DNA of 59,408 nucleotides, filler included. It is 4 parts of 4 records of this genome, joined end to end, with 100 filler letters (N's around TTAATTAATTAA, not from the genome) between each part and the next. Parts side by side here need not be neighbours in the genome. Positions count along the whole stretch, not along the records: positions 27,294 to 33,637 come from SRR31156797_1666; positions 33,738 to 48,545 come from SRR31156797_1668; 2 more parts are not named here. The stretch is one strand, 5' to 3'. The translations under genes and the position numbers were made by a program. The notes below the pieces were generated by a model. The model did not search any database. It was not told the DNA's origin and saw only the letters and a program-made list of their open reading frames with translations. Each line of letters begins with the position of its first letter. Position 1 is the stretch's first letter. Below are positions 29,944 to 38,473 of this stretch, piece after piece.

Positions 29944-31962
29944 TCAAATCAACAGATCTTTCATTTGCTTTCTCAGGGTTTGGTATTTTATCTTTGGGGC
30001 TTTACCAAACCTGAATAGCATGACCTGGCCCTTCTGTTTAAAATTGCAGCCTGAAAAAATAGATTCATACTCATCCAGAATATCGTTAAGCAGCTTCCTG
30101 TGCCTACGATCAAATGCCATATCTCCTTCGAGCTGCTTTCGCAAAAAAAATAAGGTGACTGCCGTCATGGGCTGAAGTTCAAATCCGTATTGGGTCAGAG
30201 TGAGCCAGATCCGTTCCAGAGCACGTCCTCCGTTGAGAAAATTTTCCTCCTGGAAACCTTGGGTAACCACAAGGCCGGCACCGGACGAATTGATGATGGC
30301 GTCATATGCCGTTTTCGCAATAATTTTACCGAATCCAAGTTTATTTGCCATGTTCATTACCGGCCATGAACGGGTGGTACGAAGAAAAGCTTCACCATGC
30401 ATACCGGCCTCAAGATTTTTAATATAAAATCCGTTCCTCTTATTCAATGTTTCATCTATAGAAAAGCGGATCATTTTAAGTAAATGTTCGTGGAGATCCT
30501 GTCTTTCCGTCCTGATCCGATCTGATTTGCCCACAAGCCGTGCAAGTTTTTTAAGCTGCAGCCTATTCGTTATAAAATGAATATCTGTACCTGGAATGTC
30601 CCGGATTGAATTGCGCAGTTCACTTAGCAATGCCTGGGAGATCTTTTGGTTGTCAAATAACTTTCGATTGGTTTTTCGCTGCCAAATATAGCCGGCAAGT
30701 GTATCCTGTTCAATGGTGTCGGTTTGAGATAAATTTATTTGTGCGGTTTTGCCGTCCTGCCCGTAACAGATATCTGCTGTCAGGCCAAAACAGGTAGCGG
30801 CAACTTTCATATTTTCAATCACAGCACCGCAGGAAATGACTGAGGCCGTCTGGTTTACGTTGAAAAAAGAATCATCCGCAGTCCTGTCCAAGTAGAGGTC
30901 TATCTGGTTATTTGATTTGGCAAATTTCCAAGGCTGGGCATTGTCGCCGGAAGGTGCCTGTATCCCGGCCTTTATAATGTAGTCAAGGATATCTTCGGGT
31001 ATATTACCATCCTGCATCTGAGTTTTTGGTATTTCAGGTTCCTCAGGTCCAATGGGAGTGTTTCTGCTCAACATTTTTTTTACCAGCTCGGCTTTGACTT
31101 GTTGCCAGGGGTTTTTATTGCCCATATGCAATTTTTTTGTGCAATATTTCCGAAGATAAGGATCAAACTGATAATAATGGGGAACCGGTTTCACACCACC
31201 CTTTCCCAAAATGATTCTAACCGCCTCTGTTCCAGCGATACCCGCGCAAAGCTGGCAGGCAATATTCAGGGATGGGGCTTTCCTTGACTTAAAACTGAGC
31301 TTTGAGGTGTCCATGTATTGAAACTGGAGTGCTTTGGGCGCAAGTCCCATGGCAAAGGCAAGATATTGGTCTTCCGGTTTCATATCTTCGACAATATTGA
31401 AATACTCATCAAATTCCATTCCTTTGTCCGGTGCGAATATCAGCATAGCGGAACCGAATCCTAAAGGGCCTGCCGTAATTACATGAATCCCTTTTTCCCT
31501 TGCTCTGTTAAACAGTTGCCTGCGGATATCAAAGGCAAAAAAATCCAGAGAATCTAGAACAAGAGAAACACCTTCTAAAAACGCGTCTATATTTTCTTTA
31601 CAAATTCCTTCTGGAAATTCTTTGATCTCCAAAAAGGGATTGATGCTCAGGGCTTGTTCCTTCATTACTTCCAGTTTGGGGCGACCGAATTCCGGCACTC
31701 GGGCCCCGAACTGACGATTAACATTAACCGGTTCGTATATATCAAAATCGGCAAGATTAAACCTTGCGATTCCCGTTCTCACCATAGTGATGAGGTATGC
31801 ACCGCCCACACCGCCCATGCCCGGAATGGCAATTCTGGCCCTGGCAAGGGCTTCTTGTTCTTTCGGAGACAGGAGGCCGATATTTCGTGAAAAAGCCTCG
31901 GCATGATATTCCTTCTGGGAAAAAATGCCGTATTCCCTAAGTTTTTTAAAATATGTGTCCAT
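29944..31962 (-). CDS. ThiF/E1-like adenylyltransferase fused to a nitroreductase-family flavoprotein (OxzB-type architecture)
   Basis: N-half: FSRNIG, GMGGVGG, DFD..VNVNRQ, KLEV, LDSLD. C-half: QAPSGDNAQPWKF, GAVIENM, QRKTNRK, GGRALERIWLTLT..LQPM, LFRFG. Confidence 0.88.
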   Translation of the reverse strand: MDTYFKKLREYGIFSQKEYHAEAFSRNIGLLSPKEQEALARARIAIPGMGGVGGAYLITMVRTGIARFNLADFDIYEPVNVNRQFGARVPEFGRPKLEVMKEQALSINPFLEIKEFPEGICKENIDAFLEGVSLVLDSLDFFAFDIRRQLFNRAREKGIHVITAGPLGFGSAMLIFAPDKGMEFDEYFNIVEDMKPEDQYLAFAMGLAPKALQFQYMDTSKLSFKSRKAPSLNIACQLCAGIAGTEAVRIILGKGGVKPVPHYYQFDPYLRKYCTKKLHMGNKNPWQQVKAELVKKMLSRNTPIGPEEPEIPKTQMQDGNIPEDILDYIIKAGIQAPSGDNAQPWKFAKSNNQIDLYLDRTADDSFFNVNQTASVISCGAVIENMKVAATCFGLTADICYGQDGKTAQINLSQTDTIEQDTLAGYIWQRKTNRKLFDNQKISQALLSELRNSIRDIPGTDIHFITNRLQLKKLARLVGKSDRIRTERQDLHEHLLKMIRFSIDETLNKRNGFYIKNLEAGMHGEAFLRTTRSWPVMNMANKLGFGKIIAKTAYDAIINSSGAGLVVTQGFQEENFLNGGRALERIWLTLTQYGFELQPMTAVTLFFLRKQLEGDMAFDRRHRKLLNDILDEYESIFSGCNFKQKGQVMLFRFGKAPKIKYQTLRKQMKDLLI

Positions 31963-32262
31963 TAACTTTTTATACCTTTTGTTAATGATTTTTGGTTGTT
32001 AAAAGATATTATCTACAACGACTTTTTCATTAAGAAAGTGATTCCCGTTAATTTTTCCGCATCAATCAGGTTTATTCAGTAAGCAGTCTCTTCAAGGTAG
32101 GTAGTTTTAAATTCCTGGCGGGCTTTTACCACGTATAAAACATCCGCCATCCGCCTTGATTTTTTTATTTTAACTTGACTTCCACATGGCCTCTAAATAT
32201 TCTGATATTATCACGGGCAAAAATCCTTATCCACATAAAACTTATAAAATCAGGGGTTTCAA

Positions 32263-33003
32263 ATGTTTGAATTCAATTATGGAAAATTCCGTTTCAAGGA
32301 AGTAGATTCGGATGACCTTCGCAGGCAAGTCTTTAGACTGAGGTATGATGTTTATGCACGGGAATTCGGCTTTGAAAATCCTTATGACTTCCCGGACAAT
32401 TTGGAAAAAGATGAATACGATGATCACTCAGCGCATTTCGTCGCTCTGAATGAGGAAAAGGAGGTGATTGGAACGGTGAGGATGATATTGGACTCGCCAA
32501 AAGGATTTCCTGTGGAGCATGCAGCCAAGATAACAGATTTTAAAGACAAGCCGAATCCGGCCTTTATTACGGAAGTGTCGAGGCTTGCTGTATCTAAAAC
32601 AATGCGCCGCAGGCCCGAAGACGGCATCTATGGTGTGGAATCTTATATTCCCAAATCCAAAGGCGGTGTATCCGATATCCCTAATAAAAACAATCTCGCC
32701 ATCGAAAAGCGACAAAGGCCGATGATTATTCTCGGGCTTTATAAAACTGTTTATTTAAAATGCAAGGCACTGGGAATCACACATATGTATATGATAACCG
32801 AAGATAAATTGTTTCATGCATTAAGAAAATTCGGTTTTATTTTTACACAGGTTGGGGAATCGGTTGACTATCATGGCAAAAGAACACCTTACGCCACTTC
32901 GTGGGAAGTCATTGAGAAGTATATGGTACAAAATCATCCTGATTTGCTGGAATTCTTAACATTCGGTCTTAATGAAAAATATCGACCCAAATTTTTGGAT
33001 TAA
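32263..33003 (+). CDS. GNAT N-acyltransferase of the N-acyl amino acid synthase (FeeM/OxzA) / PEP-CTERM-associated acyltransferase family
   Basis: VFRLRYDVY..E.GFE, EKDEYDDHSAH, IGTVRMI, EVSRLAVSK..RRR, VDYHGKRTPY. Confidence 0.85.
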   Translation: MFEFNYGKFRFKEVDSDDLRRQVFRLRYDVYAREFGFENPYDFPDNLEKDEYDDHSAHFVALNEEKEVIGTVRMILDSPKGFPVEHAAKITDFKDKPNPAFITEVSRLAVSKTMRRRPEDGIYGVESYIPKSKGGVSDIPNKNNLAIEKRQRPMIILGLYKTVYLKCKALGITHMYMITEDKLFHALRKFGFIFTQVGESVDYHGKRTPYATSWEVIEKYMVQNHPDLLEFLTFGLNEKYRPKFLD

Positions 33004-33160
33004 CGTTTTTAAGCCTTTGCTACTTTTACATTTATCATCTTCCGAATTTCGTTCAGTCGCCCGAAGCATTCTTCACCCTGTTGCAAATTAAAGAGAGACC
33101 TTGATGAAAATAATCCCAGGCATAGTCTTCAAATTTCCTCCTTATCCTGCCCAAGTTTAT

Positions 33161-33457
33161 TTAGATAAACTTAAAAAATGATACAATGGTTATAATTTTC
33201 TGGCGGGAAAAGTTTAAACTCAAAAGCAGAAAACCAATTTTCATTACATTTGAAAATATTTGTTGCTCCATCTCGTATGCTTCATATTCTGGTGCCATCT
33301 CTTTCATAAGATTAAAAAGCTTATTGACCTGGATTTGACCTTCCGATATGCTTTATTTCTAATGAGAATGCTTGTAATCTCATATCAATACCTCATCTTT
33401 TTTTTGTTGCCACATAAAAATCTAAGATAAGTTCAAATGGACTACAAGCATTCTCTC
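33161..33457 (-). pseudogene. Probable IS left end with a frameshifted transposase N-terminal fragment (ISKra4-like, tentative)
   Basis: GAGG SD and ATG at 33383 (MRLQAFSLEIK), continuing in another frame as SEGQIQVNKLFNLMKEMAPEYEAYEMEQQIFSNVMKIG. A 15/16 inverted repeat links 33440-33455 and 33364-33379. Confidence 0.4.
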
Positions 33458-33467
33458 ATAGGCAATC

Positions 33468-33637
33468 CTATGTTTTGTTTTTTCGAGAAGCGATACATCG
33501 AGCCGGATTCCCCACTGCAATAGCATAGTCCGGTAATGAATTTATAACAATGCTCCCCGCTCCGATTACGCATCCTTTGCCGATATCGGCTGCGATAATA
33601 GCACCATTTCCTATCCAAGCGTCCTTCCCGATGGTAA
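33468..33637 (-). CDS. Hexapeptide-repeat O-acyltransferase (LbH), 5'-truncated; absent from the ORF track
   Basis: My translation: TIGKDAWIGNGAIIAADIGKGCVIGAGSIVINSLPDYAIAVGNPARCIASRKNKT*. Confidence 0.85.
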
Positions 33638-33737
33638 NNNNNNNNNNNNNNNNNNNNNNNNNNNNNNNNNNNNNNNNNNNNTTAATTAATTAANNNNNNN
33701 NNNNNNNNNNNNNNNNNNNNNNNNNNNNNNNNNNNNN
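33638..33737. other. Artificial contig linker
   Basis: N44-TTAATTAATTAA-N44. Confidence 0.97.
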
Positions 33738-33738
33738 C

Positions 33739-34023
33739 TCCATCATGGGCAAAGGCTCCTGGTGGTCGGTTCCCCTCTCTGTCGTGATCGGGGTGCCCAT
33801 GTACTCCAATGCGGCGGGAATCATCCCGGTGGTGGAAGCGCTCCTTGGCAAGGGAGCGGCCCTTGGCACCGTCCTGGCCTTCATGATGAGTGTGATCGCC
33901 CTGTCCCTGCCTGAGATGGTGATCTTGAGAAAGGTGCTGAAGCCCCGGCTGATTGCCACCTTCATCGGCGTGGTGGCCTGCGGTATTCTTTTTGTCGGTT
34001 ATCTGTTCAACATGATCATATAA
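33739..34023 (+). CDS. ArsP/DUF318 family permease, 5'-truncated
   Basis: GVPMYSNAAGIIPVVEALLGKGAALGTVLAFMMSVIALSLPEMVILRKVLK. Confidence 0.9.
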   Translation, partial: SIMGKGSWWSVPLSVVIGVPMYSNAAGIIPVVEALLGKGAALGTVLAFMMSVIALSLPEMVILRKVLKPRLIATFIGVVACGILFVGYLFNMII

Positions 34024-34069
34024 ATACCAGGAATTCAATTCACTACAATAAAAGAAAAAGGAGTCACAC

Positions 34070-34303
34070 ATGGAAATCAAAGTACTGGGTCCGGGTTGTG
34101 CAAAATGCAACAAGACCGAAAAGCTGATTCAGGAAGTCATCACGGAAACAGGCGCGGATGCCACGGTGGAGAAGGTAACGGACATGATGGAGATCGCCGG
34201 GTACGGCGTTTTCGCCACCCCCTCCGTGATCATCGACAACGATGTAAAATGCACGGGCAAGGTTCCTAAAAAAGCCGACATCAAAGCCTGGCTGAACAAA
34301 TAG
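34070..34303 (+). CDS. Small redox-active disulfide protein (thioredoxin-like, MTH895/ArsE family)
   Basis: IKVLGPGCAKC, YGVFATPSVIID; AAGGAG SD; typical partner of arsP. Confidence 0.9.
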   Translation: MEIKVLGPGCAKCNKTEKLIQEVITETGADATVEKVTDMMEIAGYGVFATPSVIIDNDVKCTGKVPKKADIKAWLNK

Positions 34304-34316
34304 AAATATAATATTC

Positions 34317-34355
34317 GTTACAGGGCCTGCCCCCCCACCGGAAAGGCCCTGTAAC
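34317..34355 (+). terminator. Hairpin closing the arsP-thioredoxin operon
   Basis: GTTACAGGGCCT/AGGCCCTGTAAC perfect 12-bp stem; weak U-tail. Confidence 0.55.
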
Positions 34356-34438
34356 CTTACTCTCCCCGGCAGCCTTCTGCATTGCCGGAACCGCCTCAAC
34401 CGCCGTCCATCCCCCCAATCCATTCCGTCAAATTTTTA

Positions 34439-34468
34439 TTGACAATTTCCGAAGCAAAACATTATATA
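34439..34468 (+). promoter_or_regulatory. Sigma70-type promoter upstream of the AraC gene
   Basis: TTGACA at 34439, then 17-18 nt to TTATAT/TATATA, within an AT-rich island. Confidence 0.45.
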
Positions 34469-34544
34469 TTCGAAATAATATAAGGTGAGCCAAAAATATT
34501 TTTGAAGGATAAATGACTTTACACTTCCAGACAAGGCCCATGCC

Positions 34545-35498
34545 ATGCAGCCCCATCCCCTGAAAGAGACTAAAAACCGGCCCTTTCCCCTCCTGGACCC
34601 CGAAAAGCGCCTGTCCGGGGAGAACCGCTGGGAGTTCCGGATCCAGGACGGGTTCTGGCTCAGTCTCCTGGATGTCCGGCCCGAAGAAAAACTCCGGCTT
34701 GCATATGAAAAAGACCGGCCCACCCTGAATTTCGGGTTTATCCTGTCCGGCAATTACCTCAACCGGATCAAGGCCCCGGGCCTGGGGCAACAGGGGTTAT
34801 CCAACCATGAGGGCGCCAGCGGCATCCTCTACCTTCCCCGCCAGCAAGGGGAATTGATTCTCCCGGGCCAAACCCGGGTCCGGGTGCTGCACATCCATCT
34901 GTCCCTGCCGGTTTTTTATGACCTCTTTCACCTGGACAGGGCCACCATCCCCCAAAACCTCACGCCCCTCCTGGAGGGTCCCGTGGACCACGCCTATTGC
35001 TTCAGGGCCGGCATGGCCATGGATGTCCGGTGGACCCTGGACCGGCTGGTGCAGGGCCCCCCCCCGGGCACCCCGGCCCGGCTCTTTTACCAGGGCATTG
35101 CCCTGGACCTGGTGGCAGGCCAGATTGCCCGGGCAAACGCCGCCCCCCCGTCCCCCGGGGAAATGGGACTGGATGACCATGACCGGGTGATCCAGGCCCG
35201 GCACCTCCTGGTCCGGGATCTTTCCTCACCGCCCTGCCTGAAACAACTGGCCCGGCAGACCGGCCTGAACATGAACAAACTCCAACAGGGGTTTCACCGG
35301 CTCTACGGCATGTCCGTGTTCAAATACCTGCACCAGTACCGGATGCAGGAGGCCAACCGCCTCTTCCATGAGACGGACATGAATGTGAGCCAGGCCGCAT
35401 CCGCCGTGGGGTACACCAATATCAGCCACTTCAGCAACGCCTATAAGAAACAGTTCAACATCCTTCCCAAAAAACACCTGGCCTGCATCAAGGGCTGA
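34545..35498 (+). CDS. AraC-family regulator, PchR/YbtA-like
   Basis: C-terminal PPCLKQLARQTGLNMNKLQQGF..YGMSVFKYL..RMQEA..NVSQAASAVGYTNISHFSNAYKKQF. Confidence 0.9.
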   Translation: MQPHPLKETKNRPFPLLDPEKRLSGENRWEFRIQDGFWLSLLDVRPEEKLRLAYEKDRPTLNFGFILSGNYLNRIKAPGLGQQGLSNHEGASGILYLPRQQGELILPGQTRVRVLHIHLSLPVFYDLFHLDRATIPQNLTPLLEGPVDHAYCFRAGMAMDVRWTLDRLVQGPPPGTPARLFYQGIALDLVAGQIARANAAPPSPGEMGLDDHDRVIQARHLLVRDLSSPPCLKQLARQTGLNMNKLQQGFHRLYGMSVFKYLHQYRMQEANRLFHETDMNVSQAASAVGYTNISHFSNAYKKQFNILPKKHLACIKG

Positions 35499-35627
35499 AG
35501 TTTGTGTCTGACGGGTTAAAATTCGGGTGGTTCCGGGTAGAATCCAAGTCCCTCCTTTCAGTATAGTTCCCAAGACTCAGCACGGGTGCTGATTTCAGAA
35601 TTATTTCCCAGTTTGAAAGGAGTTCAA

Positions 35628-36272
35628 ATGACATCCAATGGACAACGCCCCCCTGTGGGGAAGATGACGCGAAAAACAACCTCCCTGACCCTGGCCTTTT
35701 CCGGCCTGGTCATGCTGGTGACCAGCCTGGTCCTCTATTTCGGACCGGCCGGCCAGGTGGGCCACTTCTGCCCCTGGTCTTTCATGGGCCTTTCCCGCCA
35801 CCACTGGGGAGCGCTTCACCTGAATTCCGGCCTCCTCTTCTGCCTGGCCATGGGGCTCCATGTTTACCTGAACTGGTCCCTGCTCCTGGCCTATGTGAAA
35901 AAGCAGAAGCCCGGGTATCCGGCCCTGGCAGTTTCCCTGATCCTTACCCTGTATACCTGCGTGGGGGGATATTATGAACTTGCACCCATGGGCCAGTTCC
36001 TGGACATCGCCCGGGGCTGCCGCATGGCATCCATGGAAAAATACGGCTCCCCTCCCTACGGGACCGCCACGACCTTTCCCGCGGCCCACATTGCCCGGTA
36101 CATGGGATGGGACCCTGAAAAAGCCTTAAAACAACTCACCGCCAGCCACATTGCGGTCCACTCCCCCAACCAGTCCCTGGCGGATCTTGCCCGGGAAAAC
36201 CACACCAGCATCGGCCGGCTTTTAGACATCATGTGCACCCGGTCAAACGGAGATTTTGAAAATGAGAAATAG
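35628..36272 (+). CDS. DUF4405-domain membrane protein (cytochrome b-like histidines)
   Basis: TSLTLAFSGLVMLVTSLVLY, WGALH, GLHVYLNW; GGAG SD before ATG 35628; C-terminal SLADLAREN domain. Confidence 0.75.
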   Translation: MTSNGQRPPVGKMTRKTTSLTLAFSGLVMLVTSLVLYFGPAGQVGHFCPWSFMGLSRHHWGALHLNSGLLFCLAMGLHVYLNWSLLLAYVKKQKPGYPALAVSLILTLYTCVGGYYELAPMGQFLDIARGCRMASMEKYGSPPYGTATTFPAAHIARYMGWDPEKALKQLTASHIAVHSPNQSLADLARENHTSIGRLLDIMCTRSNGDFENEK

Positions 36273-38436
36273 ATTTGCCTCCCCCACGGGGATTGCTTCC
36301 CTTTTAGGGTCCCTGGCCCTGTTCATTTTTTTGGCCGGCCCTGTTTCGGCCGAACCGGCCCGGGCGGACCAGGAACCGAATCCGCCCTCCCTGGCCCTGG
36401 AATCCACCACGGTCACGGCCCACAAGCGGACCCTGCAGGTCCGGGATATCCCGGACTCCATCACCGTGCTCACGGACACAATAATGGAGGATGCCGCCAT
36501 CACGGGCATGGAAGGATTGTCCCTCCATGTGCCCGGCCTGGAATTCTATAATTTCGGATCCCGGCGCCATAGCCTGGCGTTCATGCGGGGCATCAAGAGC
36601 CTGCACAACGGGGAACCGGCCACCGGGTTTTACGTGGACGGGGTCAACTACGCCAAATCCTATATGTTTGATTTCCCTTTGTTTGATGTGGAGCGCATTG
36701 AAATCCTCAAGGGGTCCCAGGGCACCCTTTACGGGAAAAACACCATGGGCGGGGTGATCAATGTCCACACCCGCCAGCCCGGCAATGACACCGAGGCCCG
36801 GGTGGGCGTAGAGTACGGGGAAGACAACCTCAAGGGGGTGAACGCAGCGTTAAGGACGCCCCTGGTCAGGGACCGGCTCTTCCTGGGCCTGGCCGCCACG
36901 GCCCAGTCCAGGGACGGGTACATGGAAAACGACACCCCGGCCCCGGGAGAGGAGGGCCGGCATACCGAGGGCGGGGCCGGGCGCATCAAACTGAAGTACC
37001 GGCCCAGCGACCGCCTGGATATCAATCTGAGCCTGGACGGCCAGGACCATGAGGGCGGGGCCTTTCCCCTGCGCCGGACCCAAAGAAACATGTTCGTGAA
37101 AAAAGGCCTCCTGCCCGCGGACCCGTCCTACCATTATTCCCACGATTTCGAGGGCACGGCGGAGGACCGGTTCTTGGGCGCCGCCCTCAACGCGGATTAC
37201 CGCATGGACCACCATACCCTGACCTGGATCACGGGGTACCGGGATTACCGGGACCGGGAATCCGTGGATTCGGATTTTTCCCCCCTGGACATGACCCGGC
37301 TCAACTATGGCCAGGATGAAGAAAGCGTTACCCAGGAGGTCCGGCTGGCCTCGGACGGCGACCGGGACCTGGACTGGCTGGTGGGGGCCTATTATTTCCG
37401 CAATGAAAGCGACAACTCCCAGGAAACCCTGTTCCGGTCCGCCATGGCCGGCAACCCCAACAACCCCTTTGGGGACGGCACCGGCGCCCGGCGCCTCGAC
37501 TCCAGGGGCGTAAATGAAGGGACGGCCCTGTTCGGCCAGGCCACGGTAACCCTGCCCGCCGGCCTGGAACTGACCGCCGGGCTCCGGTATGAACATGAAA
37601 ATGCCGACATGGACCGGACCATGACCAATACCCCGGACCGGGGCAATCCGTCCCGGATGGTGTTTCCCGATGCGTCCAACACGTTTGACGCCGTCCTGCC
37701 CAAGGTCAGCCTGGCCTGGGCCATGACCGACCACCACCGGGTCTATGCCACGGTTGCCACAGGCCAGCGCTCAGGGGGATTCAACGCCACCCCCCGGGCG
37801 GACTTGGCCGATTTTGATGAAGAAACCAGCCGCTCCTATGAGATCGGCACCAAGCTGGGATTCCCGGACAAGGGGGTGAGCCTGAACCTGTCCGGTTTTT
37901 ACATGGAGATCGACCAGGAACAGATCACCCAGTTTGATGTTGACACCAACTCCCCCTATATCGTCAATGCGGGCCGGTCCCACCGCCTGGGCCTGGAGGC
38001 CGAGCTGGCCTGGGCCCTGGCCCCCGGCCTGGACCTGAACGCCGGCCTCACCCTGCTGGAAGCCGAATATGACCGGTATGCCGACCCGGCCCTGGGCATC
38101 GATTTTGAAGGCAACCGGGTGTTCGGGGTCCCGGACCATACCTATAACCTGGGCCTGAGCTACCGCCGCCCCCTGTGGGAACAATGGAACTTCATGGGCC
38201 GGGCGGACCTGTCCGGCACCGGGAGCCGCTATTTTGACGATGCCAACACCGCCAAGGAAAGCGCCTACCAGATCGTCAACCTGAAGCTGGGCCTGGAAGG
38301 CAACCACCTGGATGCCTATGTCTGGGCCAAAAACCTGTTTGACCGCCACTACCTGGCCTTTGAAAACGCGGCCAAGGGCATTGCCGAGGACGGTCCCCCC
38401 AGGACCGTCGGGGTGTCGGTCAGTTACCGGTTTTAA
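36262..38436 (+). CDS. TonB-dependent receptor (FyuA/pesticin-receptor-like)
   Basis: Signal peptide, TonB box LESTTVTA, YVDGV..DVERIEILKGSQGTLYGKNTMGGVINV, NLFDRHY, C-terminal YRF. Confidence 0.93.
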   Translation: MRNRFASPTGIASLLGSLALFIFLAGPVSAEPARADQEPNPPSLALESTTVTAHKRTLQVRDIPDSITVLTDTIMEDAAITGMEGLSLHVPGLEFYNFGSRRHSLAFMRGIKSLHNGEPATGFYVDGVNYAKSYMFDFPLFDVERIEILKGSQGTLYGKNTMGGVINVHTRQPGNDTEARVGVEYGEDNLKGVNAALRTPLVRDRLFLGLAATAQSRDGYMENDTPAPGEEGRHTEGGAGRIKLKYRPSDRLDINLSLDGQDHEGGAFPLRRTQRNMFVKKGLLPADPSYHYSHDFEGTAEDRFLGAALNADYRMDHHTLTWITGYRDYRDRESVDSDFSPLDMTRLNYGQDEESVTQEVRLASDGDRDLDWLVGAYYFRNESDNSQETLFRSAMAGNPNNPFGDGTGARRLDSRGVNEGTALFGQATVTLPAGLELTAGLRYEHENADMDRTMTNTPDRGNPSRMVFPDASNTFDAVLPKVSLAWAMTDHHRVYATVATGQRSGGFNATPRADLADFDEETSRSYEIGTKLGFPDKGVSLNLSGFYMEIDQEQITQFDVDTNSPYIVNAGRSHRLGLEAELAWALAPGLDLNAGLTLLEAEYDRYADPALGIDFEGNRVFGVPDHTYNLGLSYRRPLWEQWNFMGRADLSGTGSRYFDDANTAKESAYQIVNLKLGLEGNHLDAYVWAKNLFDRHYLAFENAAKGIAEDGPPRTVGVSVSYRF

Positions 38437-38473
38437 CCCCGCAAACGCCGCGGTGGAAAAGGGCACGGGGCGT

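Noticed and set aside
32263-33003. LuxI-type acyl-homoserine-lactone synthase call
   Set aside because: It shares the fold and the RY.VY/E.DEYD motifs, but the SRLAVSK..RRR and YHGKR motifs and the lack of an adjacent luxR fit the FeeM/PEP-CTERM acyltransferase group better.
33468-34303. Apparent link between the oxz-like locus and the arsP/thioredoxin genes
   Set aside because: They are separated by an artificial linker and lie on different contigs.
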